Shown here: one piece after another, positions 18,820 to 28,547 of the stretch
Numbering within the stretch: position 1 is the first letter of the stretch
How the letters are laid out: each line of letters opens with the position of its first letter
Program-made: the position numbers and the translations under genes
Assembly: GCA_965217705.1 (NCBI GenBank)
Contig: CBDCJA010000002.1
Span: 3,367,960 to 3,431,959 of the forward strand
Origin: Dehalococcoidia bacterium
Lineage (GTDB): Bacteria > Chloroflexota > Dehalococcoidia > Lucifugimonadales > CATOSD01
DNA length: 64,000 nt
Reading direction: 5' to 3'
Notes under the pieces: generated by a model
Seen by the model: the letters and a program-made list of their open reading frames with translations, nothing else
Database searches by the model: none
Told to the model about the DNA's origin: nothing

Positions 18820-20490
18820 TCAACCTCCGTTGTTCTCCGAGTAGTCGGGCAGGGCGCGGACGGGCTTCCAGCCGCCGCCCGGGGCCATCCATGCCCGTCC
18901 GAGCGGCCCCTCACGCTCCAGCAATTCTTCGTGGGAGACCAGCAATGGGACCTCGACCCCCGCGCGGTCCATCTCCTCGCCCGCTACGTGCAGGAAGTGG
19001 GTGCCGGCCAGCTCGTCATCGAAGACCACGAGAACGGCGGGTTGCGCGCCGTGGTCGTCGGTGGGCCTGTGTGAGGAGTAGTAGCGCAGGTAGGGGGCGA
19101 GCCGCTGTGCCATCGTCGAAGGGCGCACGGCGCGGCGCTCCCACTCCAGGAAGAACGGCCACGTGTTAGGTCCCCGGCGCAGGATGCCGAAGGCGTCGGC
19201 GTGTACGGAGCGCAGCCCGTCCCGATGACGGAAGTGCCTGGCGGCCCGCATGGGAGGGTCGAGTTGCGCCAGGTCCCAACCCAGTGAGCGGGACTGCGTC
19301 GCCAGCGCCGCTATGAAGGCGTGGACGGCGTCGGTGTGGTCGAGATTCCTGAGGAGCTGGCGGCTTCTCCTGCCCGTGACGTTGCGCCACGCGAGAGGAG
19401 CGCGGGGGTCGCTGCGCGACGCGCTCCAACGCCTCTTCGCCGCGCCCACGGAGGCGCGGTCTCTCCGGGCCAGCAGCGCCAGCCCGCGGTCGGTGAGGGC
19501 GTGACGGCGGCGTCCCTCGAACAAGACGCGGGTCAAAAGCCCCAACCCCTCAAGGCGCATAACGAGCTGCGACGCCCGTGACCCGGACACACCCAGCAGA
19601 CCCGCCAGATGGCCCAGGGTTATCCAGGGCCAGTCGGCGAGCAGGTCGAGGGCGCGTTTTTCGGCGGGTTTCAGCACCGTGGGCAGCAACCAGTCGGGAG
19701 ACCGCCTCCGTGGACTTCCCGGGCCGATGGGTTGGGGCGGAGTAGACCTGGTCAACGGCCTCTCGACGGCCCACTCGCCGCGCCGCCTCGCATGGGACAG
19801 CGCCTCCGACAGGTCGAGGGTCACGGACGCCGAGGGTGTGCGCCATACGCGGGCACCGTCTTCAGCGAGCGCCGCATCTTTCTCCATGGCGAGGAAGGTG
19901 ACGGCGGGCGCTCCCGTCATCAGCCTGCGGGCGTAGCGAAGCCGGACCTCGTCGGGCGAGAGCATCAGGATGCAGCCGGGCTGCGGCCCCTCCCTGAGCC
20001 GCCAGAGCCGCTTGGCGAACCCCGTCCTGTCCGACGTGGGTCCCTGCCTGACGATTCCCAGCGTCCTCCCGTTGGGGAGCGCTACGGCGGCGTCCACGGG
20101 CAGGGCGCGGTACCAGCGGAATCGAATGGGATGGGCAATGTCCGAGATCGCGGAAGCGAGGCGGTAGATGACCGCCACGGCGTCGAGCCGCGCCATCAGA
20201 AGGCGTTGCCAGTGGGCGGACACGGGACGGCTTCGAAGCGGCTCGTCCGGGTCGACGCCCTCCTCCCGGGCCAGCACGTGCAATCCCCCGGCGGTCAGGC
20301 AATAGCGGCGGGTTGCCGCCGTCAGTTCGGAGGCGTGGAGCACGGAGGCCGCCAATCCCTCGCCCTCAAGGCTCTCGACGGCCCGGTAGACCGCGCCCCT
20401 CGACCAGCCGGAGACGGAGACCATCTCCAGCCGGTCGATGAGGGGCATGTCGGACAGCAGTCTCAGCGTGTCGGCTTCGACCGACCTCAT
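18820..20490 (-). CDS. Replication-relaxation (Replic_Relax)-like protein with winged-helix regions
   Basis: Two MarR-like wHTH stretches (GAVYRAVESLEGEGL and GSRASQLVMRLEGLGLL) and a C-terminal FFLEWERR motif. ATGA overlap with the upstream coupling ATPase gene. Confidence 0.65.
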   Translation of the reverse strand: MRSVEADTLRLLSDMPLIDRLEMVSVSGWSRGAVYRAVESLEGEGLAASVLHASELTAATRRYCLTAGGLHVLAREEGVDPDEPLRSRPVSAHWQRLLMARLDAVAVIYRLASAISDIAHPIRFRWYRALPVDAAVALPNGRTLGIVRQGPTSDRTGFAKRLWRLREGPQPGCILMLSPDEVRLRYARRLMTGAPAVTFLAMEKDAALAEDGARVWRTPSASVTLDLSEALSHARRRGEWAVERPLTRSTPPQPIGPGSPRRRSPDWLLPTVLKPAEKRALDLLADWPWITLGHLAGLLGVSGSRASQLVMRLEGLGLLTRVLFEGRRRHALTDRGLALLARRDRASVGAAKRRWSASRSDPRAPLAWRNVTGRRSRQLLRNLDHTDAVHAFIAALATQSRSLGWDLAQLDPPMRAARHFRHRDGLRSVHADAFGILRRGPNTWPFFLEWERRAVRPSTMAQRLAPYLRYYSSHRPTDDHGAQPAVLVVFDDELAGTHFLHVAGEEMDRAGVEVPLLVSHEELLEREGPLGRAWMAPGGGWKPVRALPDYSENNGG

Positions 20491-23156
20491 TCCTCACCCT
20501 CCGGTTGCCCGGCCCCCCCATCGCGCCTGTCGCGCCTGCTCCGCCGGTTGCGCCGCCTGTTGTCGGGGCCGCCCGCGCCGTTGCTCGGCGGCGGGTCGTC
20601 GACCTCCAGCCGCTCCATGCCCTCGAGGCTCGACCGGTACTCATCGACCCTCCTGAGGCCCTCGGCCTCACCCGCCGCGATCTCCTCGGCCGACAATGTG
20701 TATGAGGACGTGGCCTCGCGGATATGGGCGGCCCTCTCCGGGTCTCCCGGCTCCGGCTTGCGCACCATCATCGAGAACGCGGGCAACCGGTCGGTTCCGA
20801 CCGTGGCCCGGACGTAGCAGTGGTGCACCGCAAGCGAGGTGATGTCGTCCTCGGACACCCGGTCCCTGCCCAGCTCCCACACCAACGTCCTGGCGTCGGA
20901 CCCGGACACCTGGAAGACGGCGAGGCACCCGATGTTGGCGAGGACGGTGTCGCGCATGGTGGGAGAGAGGTCGTCCAGCTTGGCCAGGCTCTGGGTGGCG
21001 AGCACGAAGGACGCCCCGAACTTGCCGAGCTCAGATAGCATCGACTCGTAGTCCACGCCCGGCATCGACTGCATCTCGTCCACCACCACCAGCGCGCCGC
21101 GCCGGCGCTCCGGCGGCAGGCCGCCCTGCTCCCGTATCACGGCGTCCACGAGGTTGAGCAGCGACGCGCCCACCAGCGCCGCCACGTCCCGGCCCGCCGT
21201 GCCCTGGGCGGTGGAGACCAAGAGGATGCCGCCCTCCTGTATGGTCCTGCGTATGTCGATAGTCGAGCGGGGCTGGCCCAGGATGGCTCGCGCCCGCTTG
21301 GAGGAGGCGTAGTAGGAGAGACGGGTCTGCACCGGGGCCAGAGCGTCGGCCCGGTACTGGCGATGCCAGCTACCGAAGTCCCTGGCCCACCACTCCAGGA
21401 GGTAGGGGTCGGATACCCTCGACAGCACGCCGGCCCGGAACTTCTGGTCCGACAGCAGCCTGAGCCCGTCCAGGATGGTGTGCTGCTCGTCGTCGGCGGT
21501 GGAGGGGTGCCCGTTGGCCTCGTGAAGCGTCTTCACGGTCTGTTCGAGTATCGACTGCATCCTGGGGCCCCACTGCTGCCACAGACCCCTGGCGACGCGC
21601 ACCACGGAGTCTGCGGTGCGGTCGCGGTCGAAGAACACGCGGGTGTCCAGCAGGTTGATGCCGGGAGCCCCCCGCTCGTCGGCTAGGTCTATGAGGCGCA
21701 CCCGGTTCACCAGGGCGTCTGGCACGTGTTCGAGCAGGCCGCCCACCAAGTCGGCGTGGGGATCGACCACGACGATGGCGTCCGAGTCCCTGCCCTCGGC
21801 CTTCTCCCGCATCTTGTGCGTCACCAGGTGGTGCATGAGGGTGGACTTGCCCATGCGGGTGCGGGCGACGTAGAGGTGGTGGCGGCGGAGAAGGTCGGCC
21901 GCGAAGTGGACCGGCCTGGGTCTGCCCGCCGTGGTGTGGCCGACGTGGGCTCCGTCCCTGACTCCCCTGGCGGAGGGAATGAGCGCCCTGGCGCCGGACC
22001 GCTCCACAAGCGGGGTCTCGTCCTGGGCGCCCGGAGGATGCCACAGGGCGGCCGCCTCACGCACACCCATGACGCTTCGGCTGCCGAACAGCCCGGGACC
22101 GGAGGGATGCAGCGCCTCGGAGTCGGGCTCGACGGAACGCACTCCACCGACCCTGAAGCGCGCCCCCGCCGGGTTGTCGTAGTGGCGATATGCCGCCGCG
22201 ACGTGCTCCAGCAGCTCTTCGGCGCGCCTGGGACCCGCGCCGGCGGGCAGTACGGCCGTGACCTGTATCTCGCCGTCGAAGGCGATGCGGGAGACCTTTT
22301 CGCGTATGAGCAGAGGGTCGTAGACGCGCCTTCTCGCCTTCTTCCAGCGGTGCCATGCCCAGCCGCCGGCGGCCAGGGCTACGGCTATGCCCGCGCCCAG
22401 CAGCACCGCCTTCCACGTCTCTCCCGCCTGCACCCACAGGTAACCCTTCAGAGTCGCCAGCGCCGCCACCCCCAGCACGGCCATCGTCACGCCCTGGTTG
22501 CGGTCGGTGCGCATCCGGCTGGTCTCCGAGTCCTGGGGTGGTGTCGCCTGGCCCCCGTGGGCCTTCTCCATGTGGGGCTGCGACCAGTCGGGTCCCAGGG
22601 AGTCGAGCATCAACCTCGCCACGACGCGCTCCCCCTCGTTGAGGTCGGACAGCGCGCCCAGGATGGCGATGAGGGGGTCCGAGCCGGGGTCGAGCAGGTC
22701 GTCGTCACGGAATGTCCTTAAGGGCACGTACTCGGGGCCGCTCGTCCTGAGCGTCATGCGCCACGCCTGTTCGCCCTCGGCCAAGCGCAGGGGATCATCC
22801 TCCGGCGACACTTCCTGCAGCTGCGCCTGGGGGTAGTGGGCGGCGATCTGGCCTCGCACCACCTGGTCGTCCAGGCAGCGGGCCATCAGCGTCACGCCGT
22901 CCGCGTCCCCGGCCAGTTCCAGGGAGAAGGGTTCGGGGACTGCGATGGACTGGAGCATGTTCTCCACGCCCAGCATGGTCCGCTCCCCCGTCCTGGGCGG
23001 GGTCACCGCCAGCAACACCGGAGGTTTTGTGTCCTCGCTGTTAAACAGCCATCCAATCGGGTTCAGTTTCATGGTCTTGCTCCTCTCTGTGTCTGAGTCG
23101 TCACACGATTCGTGCTTTCGGCGCTCCGGTTCCTGTTGACAATCAAAGTCGTTCAT
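20487..23156 (-). CDS. Type IV secretion coupling protein-like ATPase (TraD/VirD4/FtsK-HerA class)
   Basis: Walker A ARTRMGKSTLM and Walker B ALVVVDEMQS, with two N-terminal TM segments. I chose the ATG at 23156 (GAGGAGGA SD) over the maximal ORF start at 23288. Confidence 0.8.
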   Translation of the reverse strand: MNDFDCQQEPERRKHESCDDSDTERSKTMKLNPIGWLFNSEDTKPPVLLAVTPPRTGERTMLGVENMLQSIAVPEPFSLELAGDADGVTLMARCLDDQVVRGQIAAHYPQAQLQEVSPEDDPLRLAEGEQAWRMTLRTSGPEYVPLRTFRDDDLLDPGSDPLIAILGALSDLNEGERVVARLMLDSLGPDWSQPHMEKAHGGQATPPQDSETSRMRTDRNQGVTMAVLGVAALATLKGYLWVQAGETWKAVLLGAGIAVALAAGGWAWHRWKKARRRVYDPLLIREKVSRIAFDGEIQVTAVLPAGAGPRRAEELLEHVAAAYRHYDNPAGARFRVGGVRSVEPDSEALHPSGPGLFGSRSVMGVREAAALWHPPGAQDETPLVERSGARALIPSARGVRDGAHVGHTTAGRPRPVHFAADLLRRHHLYVARTRMGKSTLMHHLVTHKMREKAEGRDSDAIVVVDPHADLVGGLLEHVPDALVNRVRLIDLADERGAPGINLLDTRVFFDRDRTADSVVRVARGLWQQWGPRMQSILEQTVKTLHEANGHPSTADDEQHTILDGLRLLSDQKFRAGVLSRVSDPYLLEWWARDFGSWHRQYRADALAPVQTRLSYYASSKRARAILGQPRSTIDIRRTIQEGGILLVSTAQGTAGRDVAALVGASLLNLVDAVIREQGGLPPERRRGALVVVDEMQSMPGVDYESMLSELGKFGASFVLATQSLAKLDDLSPTMRDTVLANIGCLAVFQVSGSDARTLVWELGRDRVSEDDITSLAVHHCYVRATVGTDRLPAFSMMVRKPEPGDPERAAHIREATSSYTLSAEEIAAGEAEGLRRVDEYRSSLEGMERLEVDDPPPSNGAGGPDNRRRNRRSRRDRRDGGAGQPEGEE

Positions 23157-23253
23157 CGATGTCCTCCTCACTTCTATCGATCTCTCCATGTCCCGACGCC
23201 ATTTCACTCGGCCGGTCCGTGGGCACCTCTGGCGTGATGACGTAGGGCAGGCC

Positions 23254-23664
23254 CTAATGCGACGGCAGATCGTTCCAGACCGTGCCACCGCTCGTGGCCA
23301 GCGTCAGGCACATGAGCCTGAACAGATCCCTCACGTCTTCATCCGACAGGCCCGCGAGTTCCGATGACTCGCCCGCTTGCTCCCACATCAGCCGCAGCCC
23401 GCTTGGACCGAACGATCCATACGCCTCACGGCAGTCGTCATAGAGTTCCGGGCTATAACTTGCAATGTGCCCGCTGCCCCACGAATGGCTCGGAGCTCCT
23501 GACGGCCCCTGTGGACCCGCTGGACCTTGAGGACCCACCGGTCCCAGTGGCCCTATCGGCCCAGGGGGACCCATCGGCCCCTGCAACCCTGCCTCGCCAC
23601 AACCTCCAATTAGCACTAGCGACAGGAGCGCCATCCCTGCCCAGATTCCAAATTGTGCTTTCAT
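23254..23664 (-). CDS. Lipoprotein with a collagen-like G-X-Y repeat
   Basis: Lipobox LVLIGGC followed by [33 protein letters not shown], about 10 G-X-Y triplets (nt 23494-23592). Confidence 0.65.
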   Translation of the reverse strand: MKAQFGIWAGMALLSLVLIGGCGEAGLQGPMGPPGPIGPLGPVGPQGPAGPQGPSGAPSHSWGSGHIASYSPELYDDCREAYGSFGPSGLRLMWEQAGESSELAGLSDEDVRDLFRLMCLTLATSGGTVWNDLPSH

Positions 23665-23734
23665 GTTCCTTTCCTTCCTGACAAGTTATCCACATCGTCA
23701 CTGATTCCCTTGGGTCCCCTGGATGCGTGTCTTT

Positions 23735-25990
23735 CTACGCGTGCCCACCCGGTCTCCACTCGATCACCGCCGTCTCCTCCGGGGTGGCCTCGATGCGCAC
23801 CGGGAAGCGGTTGCCTCGCGCCAGCAGCAGCCCGTCCCCACGCGGGCACGACAGCAGCCACCGCTGCAGGTCCTGGGGCAGGTCGAAGGCGTCGCCAACG
23901 GTGCTTATGGCCGCGGCGTCCTGTTGGAGCAGCAGCTTGAATGCGGCGTTCTGAAGCAGGGCGCGGCCCGAGTGGCCGGTGATAGCGCGGGAGGAGTCTT
24001 CGGACAGCAGGTCCTGGACGTCCTGGGTAATGAACTGCAGCCCCAGCCGGTGCTTGCGGGCGCGCTTGGCCATGCTCACCATGAACGCCGCGCCCTCCGG
24101 GTGCTGCATGATCGACCACACCTCGTCCACGACCAGCAGCCGGGGCTTGGGGTCCTGTGCCGCCGCGGCCCACACGGTCTCGGTGCAGACCATCGCCGCC
24201 GCAGGGCGAAGCTCCGGCTCAAGCAGCCGCAGGTCGAAGACGGTGACCGGCGCCTCGTTGCCGAGCAGGTCGTCGCCCTCGTCCGAGAGCAGGTGGCGGA
24301 GGCTGCCGGTGGCGAAGGGCCGCAGCAGCAGAGCGAGACCGGCGTCGCCGTCCCGGTCGTTCCTGAGGTAGTCGTAAAAGTCCCTGAAGCCGGTGCGGTC
24401 CCTGGGTGTGGCGTAATAGCCCGCCAGTGCGTGGTCGAGGGCGGCCCTTCGCTCCGCGCTCAGCCGCTCTCCCACCATCACCTCGATGAGCCGTCTCAGG
24501 CTGCCGATGCGCTGGAGCAACTCCTCGGAGTCGCCCCGGTCTATGACGAAGGGGTTCATGCCCTGGCCGGGGACGCCGGGGGAGAGCACCCTGCCTCCGG
24601 CAGCCCTTGCCATGTCGGCGTACTCGCCCTCCGGGTCGATGACGTAGGCGGTCACGCCCCGGCACAGGCCCCTGAGCACGCCGAGCTTGGTGGCGAAGGA
24701 CTTTCCCGAGCCTGACCTCGCCAGCACGGCGGTGTTTGCGTTCAGGTGCGTGCCGTCCCACGGGTCGTAGACCACGGGGGAGCATGAGCGCACGTCGATG
24801 CCGTAGAGGGTGCCGGAGCGGGTGTCGAGGTCGGGCGGCGAGAAGGGAAAGAGCCTCGCGATGCTGGACGTGTCCAGGCTGCGCCACTCGGCCACGGCGT
24901 TCAGGGCCAGGGGCAGCGTGGACAGCAGCCCCTCGCGCTGCCGGAAGGCCAGGTCGTCCAGCTTGCCCAGGGTCGCGGCGAAGTGGCCCCTCGCACGCTG
25001 TGTCATCTCGGCGAGCGACGCCTCGTCCTTCGCGTACAGGGTCACCGACAGCGAGGCGTGGAAGAGCCTCTCCCGGCCCCGCTGCACCTCGTCGCGGAGC
25101 CGGGTCACGTCCTCCAGGGCTATCTCCGCCTCCGGCGACATGGTGCGGCCGCGCTTCAGCGACAGGCTCTGTGCGGACTCGAAGCGCACCTTCTGCCACT
25201 CCAGCGTCCTGGCCGCCTGCTCCGCCGGTATCGGCCCCAGGTGGACGGCCAGGTCCATGGGCGCTCCGGCGCTCATCAGCCCCTGCAGGAACCCGGGGGC
25301 CAGGGAGCGGGGCCAGCGGCCCAGGTGCAGCGATCGGATGAGGGTCTCTCCCACCCTGATGTGACGGCGGTGGATCGCCACCTCGACCCCTGTGTCCTCG
25401 TCGTACTCAGCCGGAGACCCGCCCAGGGCCGCCGCGACGAATAGCATCCGCAGTTGGCGTCCTCTGAGTCGGTGGACCGACAGCCCTGCCCTCGCCAGCA
25501 GGCCCCTGAGCTCGTCGATGCGTGCGTGCTCGCACACGGCGTAGAAGCGCCGGTCGAGTACGCCGTCTCGGGACTCGAGGTCGGTGAGGAGCCTGCGCAG
25601 AGACTCCGCCGCTGCTCTCGTCTGAGGGGGCAAGCTGTCGGGCTGGCTGTCCCGGAGGCTATCCCTCAGCCCGCCCAGGCGCGGGGGGTGCTGCCTGATT
25701 AGCAACTGGATGGGGAAGTCGAGAGCGTTGAGAGTCCCCGCGAAGGCTCCCAGCTTCGGCTCGTCGATCTCCAGGCCCATCACCTCGCAGACCCCGAGCT
25801 TCACGCCGTCCAGGCGCACCGGCCCGTCTTCCTCCAGGCGCCAGACCATGAAGAACAGCGGCAGGTCCGGCGGCGGCCTGGGAGCAGGGGACCTATTGGC
25901 TTCGACGGCCGAAGTGTCTTGCGGGGAGTTTGTCTCCTCTGGCGGTGTTGCTCCTCCGCGCCTCGTGTTCTTTCTGAAAAGCTTCTTCAA
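23735..25990 (-). CDS. VirB4/TraC-type conjugation ATPase
   Basis: Walker A ARSGSGKSFATK and Walker B RLLVVDEVWSIM. Size and operon position fit VirB4. Confidence 0.85.
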   Translation of the reverse strand: MKKLFRKNTRRGGATPPEETNSPQDTSAVEANRSPAPRPPPDLPLFFMVWRLEEDGPVRLDGVKLGVCEVMGLEIDEPKLGAFAGTLNALDFPIQLLIRQHPPRLGGLRDSLRDSQPDSLPPQTRAAAESLRRLLTDLESRDGVLDRRFYAVCEHARIDELRGLLARAGLSVHRLRGRQLRMLFVAAALGGSPAEYDEDTGVEVAIHRRHIRVGETLIRSLHLGRWPRSLAPGFLQGLMSAGAPMDLAVHLGPIPAEQAARTLEWQKVRFESAQSLSLKRGRTMSPEAEIALEDVTRLRDEVQRGRERLFHASLSVTLYAKDEASLAEMTQRARGHFAATLGKLDDLAFRQREGLLSTLPLALNAVAEWRSLDTSSIARLFPFSPPDLDTRSGTLYGIDVRSCSPVVYDPWDGTHLNANTAVLARSGSGKSFATKLGVLRGLCRGVTAYVIDPEGEYADMARAAGGRVLSPGVPGQGMNPFVIDRGDSEELLQRIGSLRRLIEVMVGERLSAERRAALDHALAGYYATPRDRTGFRDFYDYLRNDRDGDAGLALLLRPFATGSLRHLLSDEGDDLLGNEAPVTVFDLRLLEPELRPAAAMVCTETVWAAAAQDPKPRLLVVDEVWSIMQHPEGAAFMVSMAKRARKHRLGLQFITQDVQDLLSEDSSRAITGHSGRALLQNAAFKLLLQQDAAAISTVGDAFDLPQDLQRWLLSCPRGDGLLLARGNRFPVRIEATPEETAVIEWRPGGHA

Positions 25991-26009
25991 CGGTGTCTCC
26001 TCTACAGGT

Positions 26010-26321
26010 CTATGGTGTTGGGAACTCGACCAGGCCGCTTCGCAGCAGCGCTGCGACCGCCTTGGCCGAGAGCGCCAGCACGAGGCCGACGATAGCCAGC
26101 GCCACAGCGCTCTTGGCCCTGCCGCCCCCGCGCTCCTCGCCTCCCTCAGCCATCAGGACGAAGCCCGCCCACACGATGGCGAAGAAGCACAGGCCGGCGG
26201 CTGCGAACGACATCGCCGTGAGCGCCCGGTCGAAGGCGGCCAGCATCGCCTGCTCCTCCGGCGAGGCCCCCATGAGAACGAGGGCCACGCCGGCGAGAGG
26301 CAGCAGGATCACTCTTCGCAT
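26010..26321 (-). CDS. Small membrane protein (signal peptide plus two TM; VirB2/TrbC-like candidate)
   Basis: MRRVILLPLAGVALVLMG... The start overlaps the upstream stop (TGATG). It lies within the longer spurious ORF 26010..26591. Confidence 0.55.
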   Translation of the reverse strand: MRRVILLPLAGVALVLMGASPEEQAMLAAFDRALTAMSFAAAGLCFFAIVWAGFVLMAEGGEERGGGRAKSAVALAIVGLVLALSAKAVAALLRSGLVEFPTP

Positions 26322-28069
26322 CACTTGGGCGGCTCCCACCCCTGCGGGCTGCCCGCGGGCTCCTGCTCGCCCAGCTGCTCGGCGGGCTCGGGCTCCGGAA
26401 GAAAGAGCAACCGGAAGGGTGCGTCGGACCCCACGGCGGACTCCATGGCCAGGCTCTCGCGCCTGGTTCGGCCCACTGGCTCCCGCTCCACAACCTCGGC
26501 CTCGACGCGCTCGGGGTGTACGATGGTGAGCGTCACATCCCGGTCGATCCATTCCCCGGGCACCGACAGCGTGGCCGAGATGGTGTACCAACGGGTCGTG
26601 CCGTCGGGGTTGGCCACCTCGACCGTCTCGCTGACGGACTCACTTGTCCCGGGCCTGTACAGGCTCACCGTCTCGGTGCGCTTCTCGACCCGCTCAGGGT
26701 GGTGGGTCAACCTCACCAGCGGCGGTATGGCGATGCGCAGCGACGCCTCGAGGTCGGCCTCGATCGTCACTGAGTGGACAGCCTCGCCCGAACCCACGCC
26801 GAGCCGGAAGCGGGTCAGACCGTTGGGCACGAACGCGACGCTGGCCTCCGACTCCCCCGACGTGACGGATACGGTCCCCGTGATGGCCGTGACCTCCGCG
26901 TCCATGAGAGCGGTCTCTGTGACGCTCGCGTGTCCGGCCACGGTCTGTAGCTCGACCGGGTGCTCGACGTGGGAGACGCATTTCGACTCGACCGCGCCGC
27001 TGACCGTGCGGGGCGTCCAGCCAAGGGTGACCAGCCTCAGGTCGCACAGCTCGCCCTCGACCTCCGGCAGCGGGTAGGGGATCTTCTCGTGCGTGATCGT
27101 GACCGCCCCGGCCTGTCCAAGAGCCTGCCCCGTGCCTGATACGGGGGAGTCCACCCACGAGAAGGTGAAGGAGGGCATTGGCCCGTCCAGGGGCAGGGAG
27201 TAGTCGATGCGCTCCCCCTGGTCCAGGCTCGCTGAACCCCAGAACCGCGGCGAGCCGCCCTGCGGTCCGCCGAACGCCCGCACACGCAGGTCGATGTCCG
27301 TGGCGGCCCTGAGCGTGATCTGGGCGCGGTCGCCCGAGACGGTGAGCGCCTCGACGAACACCCTGCGTCCCTCCACTGGTTCTGCGAGCTCGAAGCCGAT
27401 CTCGTCCTCCCAGTACTTGTGGGCAAGCGCCGCCTGGGGTGCTGCCGCGACCGCCGCCACCAACACGGCTGCCGCGATTGCCAGGAGGCCCCTCGGGCGT
27501 TTCCCTCGTTGGGACTTTCGGACCTCGTCGCCGTTGATCTTGTCCATTTCGGGCGCGCCGCGCCCGCGCCTGCCGAGCCGGCCCCACGGGCCGAAGGGCC
27601 TTCTCCCATTCTGGCGCTCGGCCTCCACGCGCCGCTTCTTCCTGCGCAGCCTGCGCCGCGCCCTGCGCGCCACCAGTCGCACCCCGCGGAGACCCCGCCG
27701 AGCGCGGCGCGCCACAAGGCGCAACGGGCCTGGGCCGGCCTCCGTGGCCTGCGCCGTCGCGGGCGGCTCGCCCCGCACCAGCTGGGACACGGTCCCTGTG
27801 TGAAGCCGCGCCCCCAGCCGGTATCTCAGCAGGTCGGCGGCGACCAGCGGCAGCCGCCGCCCGCCAACCTTCCCAACGATCATCACAATGCCGGCGAGGG
27901 CGAACAGCGCCGCCAGCGCGATCCTCAACTCCGTGGGCCCGGGGACGTACCGGTACGCGCCGTAGGACAGCGCGCACACCGCCGTCACCGCCACTATCTG
28001 GGGGAACGTGAACCACAGCAGCACCCTGTCCTCTGCCTGCACGTGGGTCGGAACCTCGTGCTCTCTCAT
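26321..28069 (-). CDS. PrgI-like N-terminal membrane domain fused to a large extracytoplasmic beta-rich region
   Basis: AEDRVLLWFTFPQIVAVTAVCALSYGAY... resembles PrgI-family proteins found upstream of VirB4 in monoderm-type systems. Confidence 0.6.
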   Translation of the reverse strand: MREHEVPTHVQAEDRVLLWFTFPQIVAVTAVCALSYGAYRYVPGPTELRIALAALFALAGIVMIVGKVGGRRLPLVAADLLRYRLGARLHTGTVSQLVRGEPPATAQATEAGPGPLRLVARRARRGLRGVRLVARRARRRLRRKKRRVEAERQNGRRPFGPWGRLGRRGRGAPEMDKINGDEVRKSQRGKRPRGLLAIAAAVLVAAVAAAPQAALAHKYWEDEIGFELAEPVEGRRVFVEALTVSGDRAQITLRAATDIDLRVRAFGGPQGGSPRFWGSASLDQGERIDYSLPLDGPMPSFTFSWVDSPVSGTGQALGQAGAVTITHEKIPYPLPEVEGELCDLRLVTLGWTPRTVSGAVESKCVSHVEHPVELQTVAGHASVTETALMDAEVTAITGTVSVTSGESEASVAFVPNGLTRFRLGVGSGEAVHSVTIEADLEASLRIAIPPLVRLTHHPERVEKRTETVSLYRPGTSESVSETVEVANPDGTTRWYTISATLSVPGEWIDRDVTLTIVHPERVEAEVVEREPVGRTRRESLAMESAVGSDAPFRLLFLPEPEPAEQLGEQEPAGSPQGWEPPK

Positions 28070-28091
28070 GGCTATCCCTCCTTCCTCTCGA

Positions 28092-28442
28092 CTACTTGTC
28101 GCCGGCGTTCCCGGTGTTGCCGTTGCCGGGGCTGACGGCCGCTCCGCCCGTCTCCGGATCGGGAAGGTCGCCCACGTCCACCACCGGGTCCACCACCGCG
28201 TTCATCACCACCTCCACTACGCCGAAGGCCACCATCGCCAGGATGATGCCCGCGAGCGCCGTCATCATCGCGCTCTTGCCCCGTTCCATCTGGTGGGGCG
28301 CGCCCGACGCCGTCAGGTACAGGTAGGCGCCGTAGACGAAGAAGCCCACGCCCACGACCCCCACGATGCCGAGCAGGATGCCCACCAGGTTCGATATGGT
28401 CTGTGTCAGCTGTTCCATGTGTTTAGTCTCCTCTCTGTTCAC
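28092..28442 (-). CDS. Pilin-like (TrbC/VirB2-type) two-TM protein
   Basis: Two hydrophobic helices (LVGILLGIVGVVGVGFFVYGAYLYL and ALAGIILAMVAFGVVEVV) and a Gly/Asn-rich tail. Confidence 0.55.
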   Translation of the reverse strand: MNREETKHMEQLTQTISNLVGILLGIVGVVGVGFFVYGAYLYLTASGAPHQMERGKSAMMTALAGIILAMVAFGVVEVVMNAVVDPVVDVGDLPDPETGGAAVSPGNGNTGNAGDK

Positions 28443-28547
28443 CGGGGGCCTATCCGCCCGGTCTTCACTCCCGGTCGCTCGTCTCTTCGTGCCCGCTCTC
28501 TCATCTGCACATCGTTTCCACCTCCTGGGTCTGGGTGTTGGTCGTCG

